From: Octopus sinensis
Lineage: Eukaryota
Reading direction: 5' to 3'
Length of the DNA: 64,000 nucleotides
NCBI RefSeq assembly: GCF_006345805.1
Contig: NC_043021.1
Location: 16,926,001 to 16,990,000, forward strand
In this document: positions 1 through 13,468 of the stretch, piece by piece
Layout: every line of letters begins with the position of its first letter
Numbering within the stretch: position 1 is the stretch's first letter
Made by a program: the position numbers and the translations under genes
The notes under the pieces: generated by a model
What the model was told of the DNA's origin: nothing
Database searches by the model: none
Seen by the model: the letters and a program-made list of their open reading frames with translations, nothing else

Positions 1-1123
1 TTAGTCACAATTTATGTTACTAGCACTAGCTTAATAACTAAGTTATTTTACTAAATTCTTTGTTATATTTAAAATTAATTGAAAGAAACACAGAACATCT
101 CAACAGAAATATGGTAAGAAAAGGGTTAAAATATATAATGGAGAAACAATTCTTAACCCTTTTGATATCAACCTGGCTGAAACCAGCTCTGGCTCTGAGT
201 ACAAATGTCTTGTTTTCATAAGTATTGAATTAAAATCTTCCACCAGACCTTAGTCACAATTTATATTCCTAACACTAGCTTAATGATAACTAAGTTATTT
301 TACTAAATTCTTTGTTATATTTAAAATTAATTGAAAGAAACACAGAACATCTCAACAGAAATATGGTAAGAAAAGGGTTAAAATATATAATGGAGAAACA
401 ATTCTTAACCCTTTTGATATCAACCTGGCTGAAACCAGCTCTGGCTCTGAGTACAAATGTCTTGTTTTCATAAGTATTGAATTAAAATCTTCCACCAGAC
501 CTTAGTCACAATTTATATTCCTAACACTAGCTTAATGATAACTAAGTTATTTTACTAAATTCTTTGTTATATTTAAAATTAATTGAAAGAAACACAGAAC
601 ATCTCAACAGAAATATGGTAAGAAAAGGGTTAAAATATATAATGGAGAAACAATTCTTAACCCTTTTGATATCAACCTGGCTGAAACCAGCTCTGGCTCT
701 GAGTACAAATGTCTTGTTTTCATAAGTATTGAATTAAAATCTTCCACCAAACCTTAGTCACAATTTATGTTCCTAACACCAGCTGAATGACGACTAAGTT
801 ATTTTACTAACTTCTTTGATATATTTAAAATTCAAAGAAACACAGAGCATCTCAACAGAAATATGGTAAGAAAAGGGTTAAAATATATAATAGAGAAACC
901 CTTTCGATACCAAGCCAGCTGAAAGCGGCTCTGGCTCTGAGTACACATGTCTTGTTTTCATAAGTTTTGAATTAAAATCTTCCACCAAATCTTAGTCACA
1001 ATTTATGTTCCTAACACTAGCTTAATGATAACTAAGTTATTTTACTAAATTCTTTGTTATATTTAAAATTAATTGAAAGAAACACAAAGCATCTCAAAAT
1101 AAATACAGTAATGAAAGGGTTAA
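1..1123. mobile_element. Tandem array of piggyBac-like MITEs (about 225-bp elements, 252-bp period)
   Basis: Units run TTAA-CCCTTT...AAAGGG-TTAA. The left TTAA occurs at 153, 405 and 657, with a constant short spacer. The array runs off the left edge of the window. Confidence 0.75.
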
Positions 1124-2453
1124 AATGGTTTTTAGAAAGTTATCTTAAAGCTTATGCAGCACCATGGCAGAGAATGAAAAAATTATTCAGAGACAAAGCT
1201 GCAAAGATGGAAACACTTTTTTGCAGTTTTGAGATGACATTACAGACTGATGTGGGCACATCAACGGTGAGGTCATGAATGGCTTCTGATAAGCCATTAG
1301 AGTGATTGATTGATCATGCAATTTAATCAAACAATCAATTAGTGAACTAGTTAATTAGTTAACCCTTTCATTAACATATTTCTGTTGAATTACACTGATT
1401 TTGTTTTAATTAATTTGGAAAATAACGAAGAATTTCGTAAAATAACTTTGTCATTATTAAGTGGGTGTTTCAAACATATATTAATTAATTAATTAACATG
1501 AAATTTTGATGAACTGTTTTAATTTAGATCACTTTAAAACAAGGAATTTGTATCATAGATAAATGGATAGTCCAGCATGGCCATGGTCCGGTAATGGAAA
1601 CCAATAAAAGCCCAGTGTATCTAAGATTATATTAATGTCATCATCATCATTTAACATCTGCTATCCATGGAGGTGCATGGCATAGTAGTTAGAGTGTCAG
1701 CATCATGATTGTATGATTGTGGTTTCGATTCCTGGACTGGGCAACGCGTTGTGTTCTTGAGCAAAACACTTCATTTCATGTTGCTCCAGTTCACTCAGCT
1801 GGCAAAAATGAGTAACGCTGCGATGGACACATACGCCATTGAAACCGGGCCCATGAGCCTGGCTAGGCTTTAAAAGGGCGCATTTATTTATTTTTTTTAT
1901 CCATGCTGGCATGGGTTAGATGGTTTGACAAGCATTAGTGAGCTGGAGAGCTGCACCAGGTTCCAGTTTGATTTGGTTTGGTTTCTACAGCTGGGTGCCC
2001 TTCCTAACACCAACCACTCCAAGAGTGTAATCGGTGATTTTTACATGCTACCAGTACAGGTGTCATTTCCATGACACTAGTAGCAGCTAGGACTATATTT
2101 TCATGGATGCCGTTTACATGACACTAGCAATGGTCATGAATACAGTTTCATTTGGCTTGACGAGTCTTCTCAAGCACAGCACATCGCCAAGGTCTCAATC
2201 ACTTGTCATCGCTTCCGTGAGGCCCAACATTCAAAGATCATACTACAATTACAATTTCACAAATACCATTTATATGACACTAATAACAGCCATGACCATG
2301 GTTTCACTTGGCTTGACGAATCTTCTCAAGCACAGCATAGCGCCAAATGTCTCAGTCACTAGGCACCACCTCCGTGAAACCCAACATTCAAAGATCATGC
2401 TTCACAACCTTGTCCCATATCTAAGATTATATTAACCAATGCGTCTGTCTTTC

Positions 2454-3800
2454 TTTAACCTTTTTGATACCAACCCAACTGAAACCAGCTCTGGCTCTGT
2501 AGTACAAATGTCTTGTTTTCATAAGCTTCACCATGTTTATAATATTAACTCTTTTGATACCAACCTGGCTGAAACCAGCTCTGGCTCTGTAGAACAAATG
2601 TCTTGTTTTCATAAGTTTTAAATTAAAATCTTCCACCAAACCTTAGTCACAATTTATGTTCCTAACACTAGCTTAATGATAACTAAGCTATTTTACTAAA
2701 TTCTTTGTTATATTTAAAGTTAATTGAAAGAAACACAGAGCATCCCAACAGAAATATGGTAACAAAAATGGTTAAGGCATTAACCCTTTCATTACCAACC
2801 TGGCTGGAATTGGCTCTGGCTCTGAGTACAAATGTCTTGTTTTCATAAGTTTTAAATTAAAATCTTCCACCAAACCTTAGTCACAATTTATGTTCCTAAC
2901 ACTAGCTTAATGATAACTAGGTTATTTTACTAAATTCTTTGTTATATTTAAAATTAATCAAAAGAAACACAAAGTATCTCAATAGAAATATGATAACAAA
3001 ATGGTTAAGGCATTAACCTTTTTGATACCAACCCAACTGAACCAGCTCTGGCTCTGTAGTACAAATGTCTTGTTTTCATAAGCTTCACCATGTTTATAAT
3101 ATTAACTCTTTTGATACCAACCTGGCTGAAACCAGCTCTGGCTCTGTAGAACAAATGTCTTGTTTTCATAAGTTTTAAATTAAAATCTTCCACCAAACCT
3201 TAGTCACAATTTATGTTCCTAACACTAGCTTAATGATAACTAAGCTATTTTACTAAATTCTTTGTTATATTTAAAGTTAATTGAAAGAAACACAGAGCAT
3301 CCCAACAGAAATATGGTAACAAAAATGGTTAAGGCATTAACCCTTTCATTACCAACCTGGCTGGAATTGGCTCTGGCTCTGAGTACAAATGTCTTGTTTT
3401 CATAAGTTTTAAATTAAAATCTTCCACCAAACCTTAGTCACAATTTATGTTCCTAACACTAGCTTAATGATAACTAGGTTATTTTACTAAATTCTTTGTT
3501 ATATTTAAAATTAATCAAAAGAAACACAAAGTATCTCAATAGAAATATGATAACAAAATGGTTAAGGCATTAACCTTTTTGATACTAAACCAGCAGAAAC
3601 CACCCCTGGCTCTGTAGAACAAATGTCTTATTTTCAAAAGTTCTGAATTAAAATCTTCCACCAAACCTTAGTCACAATTTATGTTCCTGACACTAGCTTA
3701 ATGATAACAAAGTTATTTTACTAAATTCTTTGTTATATTTAAAATTAATTGGAAAAAAAAACACAGAGCATCTCAACAGAAATACAGTAGCAAAATGGTT
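2454..3800. mobile_element. Second array of the same piggyBac-like MITE with higher-order (about 558 bp) duplication
   Basis: Block 2455-3012 (truncated + full + full unit) is repeated at 3013-3570 and followed by one more unit. Confidence 0.72.
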
Positions 3801-4009
3801 GAGAGTTAGCCACATTTAGGTGACAAATATACTTCACAATGTTGTGCAGCCTCTGTTTATGCCTCGTTCAGAGATATATTATTGCTTCTTCAGGTTGTAT
3901 TTATTTTTGTTATACAAGAAATTATGTTTGTATTTATGTCTGCTTAGCATTGATCCATACAATTGTATACTCCCAAATTATTCTATAATTGGTTCTTTTC
4001 TGGTTGCAG

Positions 4010-5453
4010 GTATGGCAAAGGATTTGGTCTGGTGGACAGAATTGTATCGGAAGACAGTATTTTCAATCAACCCAGTAGTGTCTTTGCAATGGCCTTTTAT
4101 ATGATGCAGATCTTTATGAGTGAGTAGAGTGGTTAAGAAGAATATTCAATGTACTCCATGGTACTGCTTCTCCTTTCACTGCCTCTTTTCTCATTGTGTG
4201 TATGTAAAATGATGTGTGTGTGTGTGTATGTAAGTGTGTGTGTGCATGAAGGTGTGTGTATGTGTATGTGTGTGTGTGTATGTATATACGTGTCTTCTCT
4301 CTCTTATTCATTCATTCTCTCTAATTTTCTCATTCATTCCTCCTAACTTATTCTTCCTCTCTTTCATTCATTCATTCTATCTCATTCTCTCTCTCATTCC
4401 TTCATTCTATTTCATTCTCTCTCTTATTCATTCATTCTATTATTTTCTTTCATTCATTCTGCCTAACTTCTTCCTCTCTCTCTCTTTCCATTCATTCTAT
4501 CTCATTTTCTCTCATTCATTCCACCTAACTTATTCTTCCTCTCTCTCTTTTCATTCATTGATTCTATTTCTTTCTCTCTTATTCATTCATTCTTTCTCAT
4601 TCTCTTTCATTCCTTACTCCTAACTTACTCTCCTTCTCTTTCATTCATTCTCATTCTCTCTCTTATTCATTCATTCCTCCTAACTTATTCTTTCCCTTTT
4701 CATTCATTGACTCTATCTCTTTCTCATTCCCTTTCATTCCTTCCTCCTAACTTATTCTCTCTTTATTATTCATTCATTCTTTCTCATTCTCTTTCATTCC
4801 TTCATTCTAACTTATTCTCCCTCGCTTTCATTCATTCTCATTCTCTCTTTCTTACTTATTCATTCTCATTCTTTCTTATTCATTCATTCTTTCTCATTCT
4901 CTTTCATTCCTTCATTCTAACTTATTCTCCCTCGCTTTCATTCATTCTCATTCTCTCTTTCTTACTTATTCATTCTCATTCTTTCTTATTCATTCATTCT
5001 TTCTCATTCATTCCTTCCTCCTAACTTATTCTCCCTCTCTTTCATTCATTCTCATTCTCTCTTTCTTATTCATTCATTCTCATTCTCATTCTCTCTTTCT
5101 TATCCATTCATTCTCATTCTCTCTTTCTTACTTATTCATTCTCATTCTTTCTTATTCATTCATTCTTTCTCATTCTCTTTCATTCCTTCCTCCTAACTTA
5201 TTCTCCCTCTCTTTCATTCATTCTCTCTCTCTTTCTTGCAGCCATCACCAAATCGGACGACGCCATTGCTATGCAAAGCCTTGTTTCTCTTGTGGCAAAC
5301 TTTAGCTCTCTCTACTTCTTCTACGTGCTTTATAGTCTTCAGAACTTTTGCCTCATTTGTGTAACACTTTACATAATCAATGCTTTGATTCTCGTTTGCG
5401 TGCTGCTTCGGTTAATCACTCTCCATAAACAGACACTGAAGAAGACCCACTAA
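4010..5453 (+). CDS. VKORC1: Vitamin K epoxide reductase (VKORC1/VKORC1L1-like), 5'-partial: last two coding exons 4010-4119 and 5242-5453
   Basis: AG/GT-bounded exons splice in frame to YGKGFGLVDRIVSEDSIFNQPSSVFAMAFYMMQIFMTITKSDDAIAMQSLVSLVANFSSLYFFYVLYSLQNFCLICVTLYIINALILVCVLLRLITLHKQTLKKTH*. This has the VKOR G(K/R)GFG motif, the CxxC active site (CLIC), transmembrane helices and a C-terminal KKxx ER-retrieval signal. Exon 1 was not found in the window. The VKORC1 versus L1 distinction is not meaningful for an invertebrate. Confidence 0.9.
4295..5235. repeat. Pyrimidine-rich (TTCA/CT) low-complexity repeat filling the VKOR intron
   Basis: Degenerate TCATTC/TCTC repeats with recurring CCTAACTTATTC. 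Confidence 0.9.
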
Positions 5454-6289
5454 TCCACAGGTGGATTATGCAAGCTGGATTAAACAGGTGGATTAAGCAA
5501 AGGGAAGTGGTAAACAGAAGGAAAAAAATACCAACAAAGAGGCTAAGAAGCAAACGAAGTCATTAATGAACAAATGAAGGGACTAATGAATTAACGAATG
5601 CATTAACGAACAAAATGTATTAACATGTTAATGAAATAATGAATGAATGAATGACAGTATTAAAGAACAAGCGGAAATATTAATGAGCCAAGAAGGGTAT
5701 TAATTAACAAGAAAAAATATTTTTTAAAAAATGGAAATTTTTTTTAAATAATAAAAGAAAAAAAAATCACAAAAATTAAAATTTGGAAAATTTTGCTAAA
5801 AGGAAAAAATATTACGGAAGAAACTCTGAATAGGAAACCAAATAATTTTGGCAGATTTGAAAGAAGAAAAATTTAATATTCTAAGAAAAAAATTATAATA
5901 AAGAACAAAAATGAATTGGAGAAATTTCTAAAAAGGAAAACAAAATTTTAAAAACTACAAAAAAAAAAAGAAAAATTTTTAAGAAATTTGAGAAAAGGAG
6001 AAATATAAGAAAAAAATAGACATATATAAAAAAGGAAAATATTAAACGGAAAAAAAAAATTTAGACATTCCCACTTGTAGTGATTCTGTCCAAATTCCAA
6101 GAATGTTGGCAGCAATAGTTACTGGTATTGATTTCTTATAGCTGTGGTCATCTTATATGCGTCTGTGAGGGTTAGGGTAAAAGGTGTGATAGGCTGGTAT
6201 GTAAAATAGAATTGCCAGAAGGAAATGAGCAAAAGCAATTGTCGTGAGTGAATTTGGAAACTGTGTTGAATCTCGTTGTACATATATAA

Positions 6290-6658
6290 TAATAAATAAT
6301 GAAATTATTGTATACAGTGCTCAGGTGCACCACAACTTGTCAGAAAGTGCATATAAAGTACATGCAGTAATGTACAAATGTAGGGAAAGCGAACAATGTA
6401 TGAGTCAGATACATGCTTGTGTGTGTGTATGGAGGGGAGAAAATCAGGTGTAGTGTTGGCGAATCTCTGGAAGCATGGAAGTTTTGAAGGATGCAGTGCT
6501 CCGACAATAAAGAACTGATGCCGGCAGTTTGTTCCATGCTTCAGCAACTCTCAGCGTGAAGAAATGTTTCTGAAAGTCATGGGAGCTGTGCTGTTTGCTG
6601 ACTTTGTAAATATGTCCATGGGTGTTAGACGGGTGGAGTTTGAAAAGGTGCTCAGAGT

Positions 6659-6660
<2 letters not shown>
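6290..6660 (-). mobile_element. CR1/L2-type LINE 3' fragment
   Basis: Translation HIYKV...[19 protein letters not shown] near-identical second copy lies at about 44745-45070. Confidence 0.7.
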
Positions 6661-6706
<46 letters not shown>

Positions 6707-8500
6707 GTGTGTGTGTGTGTGTGATCACCATAAACTTTAAGCTTATATAAAAATACTATTATTATTTACAGGATTGTAAAACATGGCGCCATATAAAAAA
6801 AACCCAATCGTACCGAAAGCATATAGAAAGTTTGTTTACTTTGAACGAATACGAACTAATATAGTTCTTAAATTTGACAGAAATGGGGAGGCTAATTTAC
6901 TGGTGTAAAGGTAACAAACTTAGTCACGTTAACAAAGGGATGTGGGTTTGAGTCCCATGTGATTAGGAAAGCCTTCTTTTTTCTGTCAAGGGCTTATTTG
7001 CCCCTTTATTAGACTATTTTCCTTAGTCATTGCACAGTGATCGTCATAAACTTTAAGCTTATATAAAAATATCATTATTGTTATTTACAAGATTGTAAAA
7101 CACGTCACTATAAAAAAAAACCATTCACACCAAAAAAATTTTTTTTAGTTGCGACAGCAAGGGTTCCACTTAATCTGATCAATGGAACAGCCTGGTCATG
7201 AAATTAATGTGCACGTGGCTGAGCACTCCACAGACACACACACTTATGTATATATATATTAACAAAGAAAAATAGATTAAGTGGCACATTTTATTGCATC
7301 TTGTTACAATTGTTTCATCGCCATTTTATCACAAAGATCAGTGCTGAAATATTATTATATATCATGGTATTGACTGGATTATGAGGTGATGTTATACAAA
7401 GCTAGTCACAAAGCACTTTGCATCATTGTAGCTTTTGAATGATGCTACTCCACTGACTAGGCAAGTAGTCCAACATTCCTGCTTATTGAGAAGCTTGCCC
7501 ATTGCAGGGTTGTCCATTTTACAGCTGAGTGGACTGGTGCAATGTGAAATGAAGTGTTTTTCTCAAGAACACAACATGCCACATGTCTGGAAATTGAACC
7601 CACTATCTAGCAATCATGAGAGCAATAACCTAACCACTAGGCCACATGTGGCCTAGTATATCATATCAGTATTATTTCAGTAATATAGGGGCCTGTCAAT
7701 TCTTCAGGTGTATATACAAATGGTTTGCTAAATTAAAGCTTATCGCTGAATTAAACCACTGTGGGGCATATAGAATACAAGCCTTACATTGATGGTATTA
7801 TAATCATTTCATTAGCCCATCGCAGTTAAAACAGAAAATAAATTCCATGGCATCGTAAACCACAAATCCAAACTAAACTGTCATGGTTTAATTTACAGAT
7901 CGTCTGTAAGTATACCTGAAGGCTTGACGCTTACCATTAGTATTAGTGAAGTAATACTGATACAATGTATAAGTTCATATATTGTATAATTGGCACTCTG
8001 TCAGTTGTGACGTCGAGGGTTCCAGTTGATCTGTTCAAAGGATCAGCTTGCTCGTGAAATTAAGGTGCAAGTGGCTGAGCACTCCACAGACACATGTACC
8101 CCTTAACATAGTTCTCAGGGAGATTCAGCGTGACACAGAGTGTGACATGGCTGGCCCTTTGAAATACAAGTACAACAGAAACAGGAAGAAAGAGTGAGAG
8201 AAAGTTGTGGTGAAAGAGTACAGCAGGGTTCGCTACCATCCCCTACTGGAGCCTTGTGGAGCTTTAGGTGTTTTAACTCAATAAAACACTCATAGCACCC
8301 GGTCTGGGAATTGAAACCTCGATCCTACGACCGCAAGTCCGCTGCCCTAACGACTGGGCCATTGCGCCTCCACTGTTGTATAATAATATATCAGCAATGA
8401 TCTGGTAAAATGGTGATGAAACAATTGTAGTATGATGCAATAAAATATGTTTTTTAATTCATTCTCTTTTGTTTACATGTATATATATATAAGCACATAG

Positions 8501-8531
<31 letters not shown>

Positions 8532-9914
8532 TTATGTATGTATGTGGCTGTGTGGTTAAGAAGCTTGTTTTGCAATTACATGATCTCAGGTTCAGTCACA
8601 CTGTGCAGCCCCTTGGACAGGTGTCTTCTTCTATAGCCCCAGGCCGACCAAAGCCTTGTGAGTGGATTTGGTTGACAGAAACTGGAAGGAGTGTATCATA
8701 TATTTGTATACTCAGAGTTGGCAGTTGGTAGTAGTAAAACACACAAAAAAATAAGCTAAACATAGGTGCGCGACTGAGTTGAAGGCAGATTTGTTTCTCC
8801 TTTTATAGCACGTAAAGAAAATAGTTTTATAAGAGTGTACACAGCACATGTACTACAGCAGTACTATGCGTAGCTTAAATACTACGATTGAAAGGCAGGG
8901 GTGAATTATGCCTACCTAATCTACAATATATATATACATATATATATATGTATTGCATTTTATGCATAATAATCAGAGACACCTTCATAATTTTATTGAA
9001 TTAGGTGCATATTTTGCCATAAAAGGAAAATGTTGCTATCGATCTATTTTATCCAAGGTGGACATTGCCTACCTTGCCTACCCAGGCGGCACGTCCTTGG
9101 TGTATACGTATACAGATATATATGTGTGTGTGTGTACCCTTATGTTGACATGAAAGGATTGTAAATGAGTATCATCATCATCATTATCATCATCATAAAT
9201 GTTTGTTTTTCAGTCTTCCATGGGGAAAGATTATTGCCTTGTTTGGAAGCTGGTGAGGGCTGGCGACAGGAAGGCCCTCTGGCTGGAGAAAATCTGCCTC
9301 AACAAATTCCATCTGACCCATGCAAGCATGGAAAAGTGGACGTAAAAAGGATGGCGATGATGATGAAGATGCTGATGGGGATGATGATGATGATGGGAAT
9401 GACACCGAGGAAAGTGATGACAATGGTCTATACGTTTGTATATATGTGTATGCATCTTCGAGTTTGTCATCTCTGCACCATTTGATAACCGCTGTCGGTT
9501 TGTTTATGTCCCCGTAACTCAGTCTTTCAGCAAAAGGAACCAATAGAATAAATAACTGGCATAAAAAATCAATTATTGGGGGTAGATTTGTTTGAATAAC
9601 CCAACAAGATGGTGCCCCAGCATGGCCACAGTCCAATGATTGAAACAAGTAAAAGAACAAGAAAGACATCCATTCCAAGAATTTAATTTGTTAAAAACCG
9701 TTTTTTTCTAATTTACCCGGTTTTTTACATTGTACTTTTTTTTCTATGTTTTTGTTAGTTTTTTTTTTTTTTTTTTAGAAAATAAAAAAAAATCTGTTCC
9801 GAATTTCTTTCTTGAATGTCTGTTATTCCATGTAAATGTATCTTGGACAGGGATGTATTTCAGGGAGAGCTATATGGCTGAATGCTCTTCCAGTCACCAA
9901 CCCCTGTCTGTATA

Positions 9915-10213
9915 TCTTTATATATAAAAGTGAGGTTGTGTGCTGTCTGTCTCCTACGATTTAGATTCCTAACTACTCCCACATTTTGCGGTGCAGTTTA
10001 ACCAAACCCGGGTATCTTATAGTCGTGATTCATATCGAGCCCTTCTGGGTATTAGTGCGCGTCTACGATGAGTCTACGATTTAAAAAAAAAAACCATCAT
10101 TTTCCCCATTTTTAATGCATTTTTTTGCTATTATATAAGGGAAGTAACTCTCTAAAAATGCTTATATAGTTATTTCCCTTACAAACCTGAGCAACGCCGG
10201 GCGATACTGCTAG
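9915..10213 (+). mobile_element. Short non-autonomous Helitron
   Basis: A|TC...CTAG|T termini, with a subterminal GC-rich imperfect hairpin (CCTGAGCAACGCCGGG) about 10 nt from the 3' end and no TSD. Confidence 0.75.
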
Positions 10214-11112
10214 TTAAGATATAATGAATGAACCAATAGAATAAGTACCAGACTTTAAAAAAAAACAGGTACTGGGGTTGGTACATTCGACTAAATACTT
10301 CAAGGTAGTACCCCAGCATGGCCACAGTCTAATGACGGAAACAAATAAAAGATGAAGAAAAATGATAAGTTTTTTTTTTTATATTTATATTTAAAATATA
10401 AGTAGCTTGCTAACCAACCACATGGTTCCGGGTTCAGTCCCACTGCATGGCATATTGGGCAAGTGTCTTCTACTATAGCCTCGGGCTGACCAATGCCTTG
10501 TGAGTGGATTTGGTAGATGGAAACTGAAAGAAGCCCGTCGTATATATGTATATATATATATATATATATGTACGTGTGTGTGTCTGTGTTTGTCCCCGTC
10601 ACTTAGCGGTTCAGCAAAAGAGACCGCTAGAATAAGTACTGGGCTTACAAAGAAGAAGTCCCGGGGTCGAGTTGCTTGATTAAAGGCGGTGCTCCAGCAT
10701 GGCCACAGTCAAATGACTGAAACAAGTAAAAAAAAAATAGCAAAAGTGGAGAAAAATATTTTAAAAACCGAAAAAATAAATGGAAGAAAATAATATTTCT
10801 ATTTCTCTAAAAAAAAAAAAAATTTTAAAAAAGCTGTCAAGGAAAAATAAAGTTTTAATTAGTTAATTGATTTTGTAATTAGGAAACGGATGGAGATGTA
10901 TTGGAATAAGATGGGACGATGGTGTAGAGTGTGTGTGTGTGTGTGGGGGGAGGCGTAAAGTAAACAGGAAATGTTTTAAATGAAGTCTTTGGTGTAGAAG
11001 ATGCATGGGTGTATACATGTGTATATATATATGTATGGGTGTGGGTGCCGTCAGTTTCGTTCTGTGTCTTTTTTTATGTTTAAATGAGAGTATATATAAA
11101 TATACATATATA

Positions 11113-11475
11113 TCATCATCATCATCATCATCGTTTAACGTCCACTTTCCATGCTAGCATGGGTTGGACGGTTCAACTGGGGTCTGGGAAGCCCGAAGGC
11201 TGCACCAGGCCAGTCAGATCTGGCAGTGTTTCTACAGCTGGATGCCCTTCCTAATGCCAACCACTCCGTGAGTGTAGTGGGTGCTTTTTATGTGCCACCG
11301 ACACAGGTGCCAGACGAGGCTGGCAATGGCCACGATTGGATGGTGTTTTAATACGTGCCACCAGCACGGAGGCCAGTCGATGCGGTGCTGGCTACGGCCA
11401 CGTTCAGATGGTTCTCTTATGTGCCACCGGCACTGGTACCACAACTGCAAATTCCATTGATGTTGATCGATTTCG
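11113..11475 (-). mobile_element. SINE-like family C with (GAT)n tail and internal ~55-60 bp repeats
   Basis: Conserved GGTTGGCGTTAGGAAGGGCATCCAGC and CCCATGCTAGCATGGAAAGCGGACGTTAAAC(GAT)n. Other copies lie at about 21152-21363, 21855-22265, 25235-25745, 32240-32420, 43798-44075(-), 47555-47862 and 59230-59625. Confidence 0.8.
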
Positions 11476-12656
11476 ATATATTTATATACACATATACTCA
11501 CACGTGTGTGTGAAGGCGAATGGCTGCGGTTAGAGCGTCAGGCTCCCAATCATGAGGTAGTGAGTTCAATTCTTTGACCGGACTGTATGTTGTGTTCTTG
11601 AGCAAGACACTTTATTTTCAAGTTGCTCCAGTTCACTCAGCTGTAGAAACGAGTTGTGATGTCACTGGTGCCAAGTTGTATCAGCCCCTTTGCATTTCCC
11701 TTGGATAACACCAGTAGTATGGAGAGAGGAGGCTGGTATGCATGGGCGACTGGTGGTCTTCCATAAACAATCTTGCCCAGACTTGTGCCTTTCTTGGTGC
11801 AAACTCATGGTCATTCATGACCAAAGGGGGTCTTTACTCTGTACATATATATATATATATATAATTATAAAGCGTTCTTGTCCCATTTTGTATTTTATAT
11901 ATATATATAAAATACAAAATGGGACAAGAACGCTTTATAATTTTAACAAAGAACATAGAATAATACAATCTTACATAGACAATGCAGAAGGAGAGAAGGC
12001 ACAAGATGAGAAGTCATGGCTGGAAAGCCATTCATCATAGGTCTATTCAACCAGCCTTGACCCGGGGTTAAACAAAAGCAACAACAATTTATTTATTTTA
12101 ATAAAAAATTTATTCTTACATTTTGCATTTTAATAGCCTTACCATCATCATCATCACCATCACTTATTTTTATGTCTAGTTTGATTCTTTTTTTGTTTTT
12201 TTTCCCCCCAATGCTAGCATGAGTTAGTCAGGACTTCTTGAGACAGTCTTCTATGGGTCAGTTGCCCCATTTCAGATGCAAACCTACGTTTTTCAAGTGA
12301 TTCTGTGTCATTGCGTGCTGAATCATTCAAATTGTAAAACAGAGGCAAAGTCAATGCTTCCTTCCCAAATGATCTCAATGCAGAAAGACAAGAAGACGAC
12401 GGCGACACACACATACACACCTTATAGGAGGTGGTATCAAAATGTTCCCGGACTGGTTCCGTAGCCAGCCAACAGATGGCAGCACATGGTCGCGTGGGCA
12501 GTGAGACCTAGCAGTGACCTTCATGAGGGAATGTGCTGAGTGACATCGCTTCTGACCAATCAACAGAGATTTATATAAATACCAAAGCCTTGTGAGTGGA
12601 TTTGGTAGACGGAAACTGAAAGAAGCTTGTCGTGTATATGTATGTATATATATATA

Positions 12657-12736
<80 letters not shown>

Positions 12737-13468
12737 ATATATGTGTGTGTGTGTTTAGGTCCTTGTAACTTAGCAGTTTGGCAAAAGAGACTGATAGAAT
12801 AATAGGCTTACAAAGAGTAAGCCCTGGTGTTGATTTCTTTGACTAAAATCCTATGAGGTGATGCTCCAGCATGGCTGCAGTCAAACAACTGAAACAAGTA
12901 AAATGAAAGAATGTGTGTGTGTGTGTGTATATACCTCCGTATCTTGTCATCATGCACTAATTGTGGAGGCATTTGGCTTAGTGGTTAGAGGTGCTGGACT
13001 CCTGATCAAAAGATTGTAGTTTCAATTCCTGGACCAGGTGACACATAGTGTTTTTGAGCAAACCACTTCATTTCATATTGCTCCAGTCCACTCAGCTGGC
13101 AAGAATGAGTAACTCTGTGACAAACCAGTGTCTCATTCAGGTGGGGGATTTATACGCCATGGAAACCAGCCCTTATGAGTCAGTGTGACTCAGAAAGGAC
13201 CTTTATCGATGCGCTAATTATAAACAAACATCATTGTCGTACAAGAGATGAAGTTTGTTTTGCAATCTCCTTTGTAAATACGCTCAGACTGGAGTAATTA
13301 TTTTCTTCACCAGCCTCAGGCCTTCTGAGTGGATTTGGTCAACAGAAACTCAAAGAAGCTCACCATTTATGGATATGCCACAGCGAGTGTGTCTTATTGT
13401 GATTTTATTGTACTATGGTTGTAAATGTGTGTCTCTTTCATACAAGCAGTGATATTTGTTTCCAGACT

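Noticed and set aside
1054-1278. Candidate first exon of the VKOR gene
   Set aside because: It lacks the VKOR loop cysteines, and its start lies in MITE sequence. Exon 1 is presumably upstream of the window.
4234-5024. Hydrophobic S/F/L/I/H-rich ORFs resembling membrane proteins
   Set aside because: Translations of the pyrimidine-rich simple repeat in the VKOR intron.
5700-6060. Extremely A-rich stretch after the VKOR stop
   Set aside because: Low complexity, possibly homopolymer-error-rich consensus. No poly(A)-retrocopy hallmarks or TSD.
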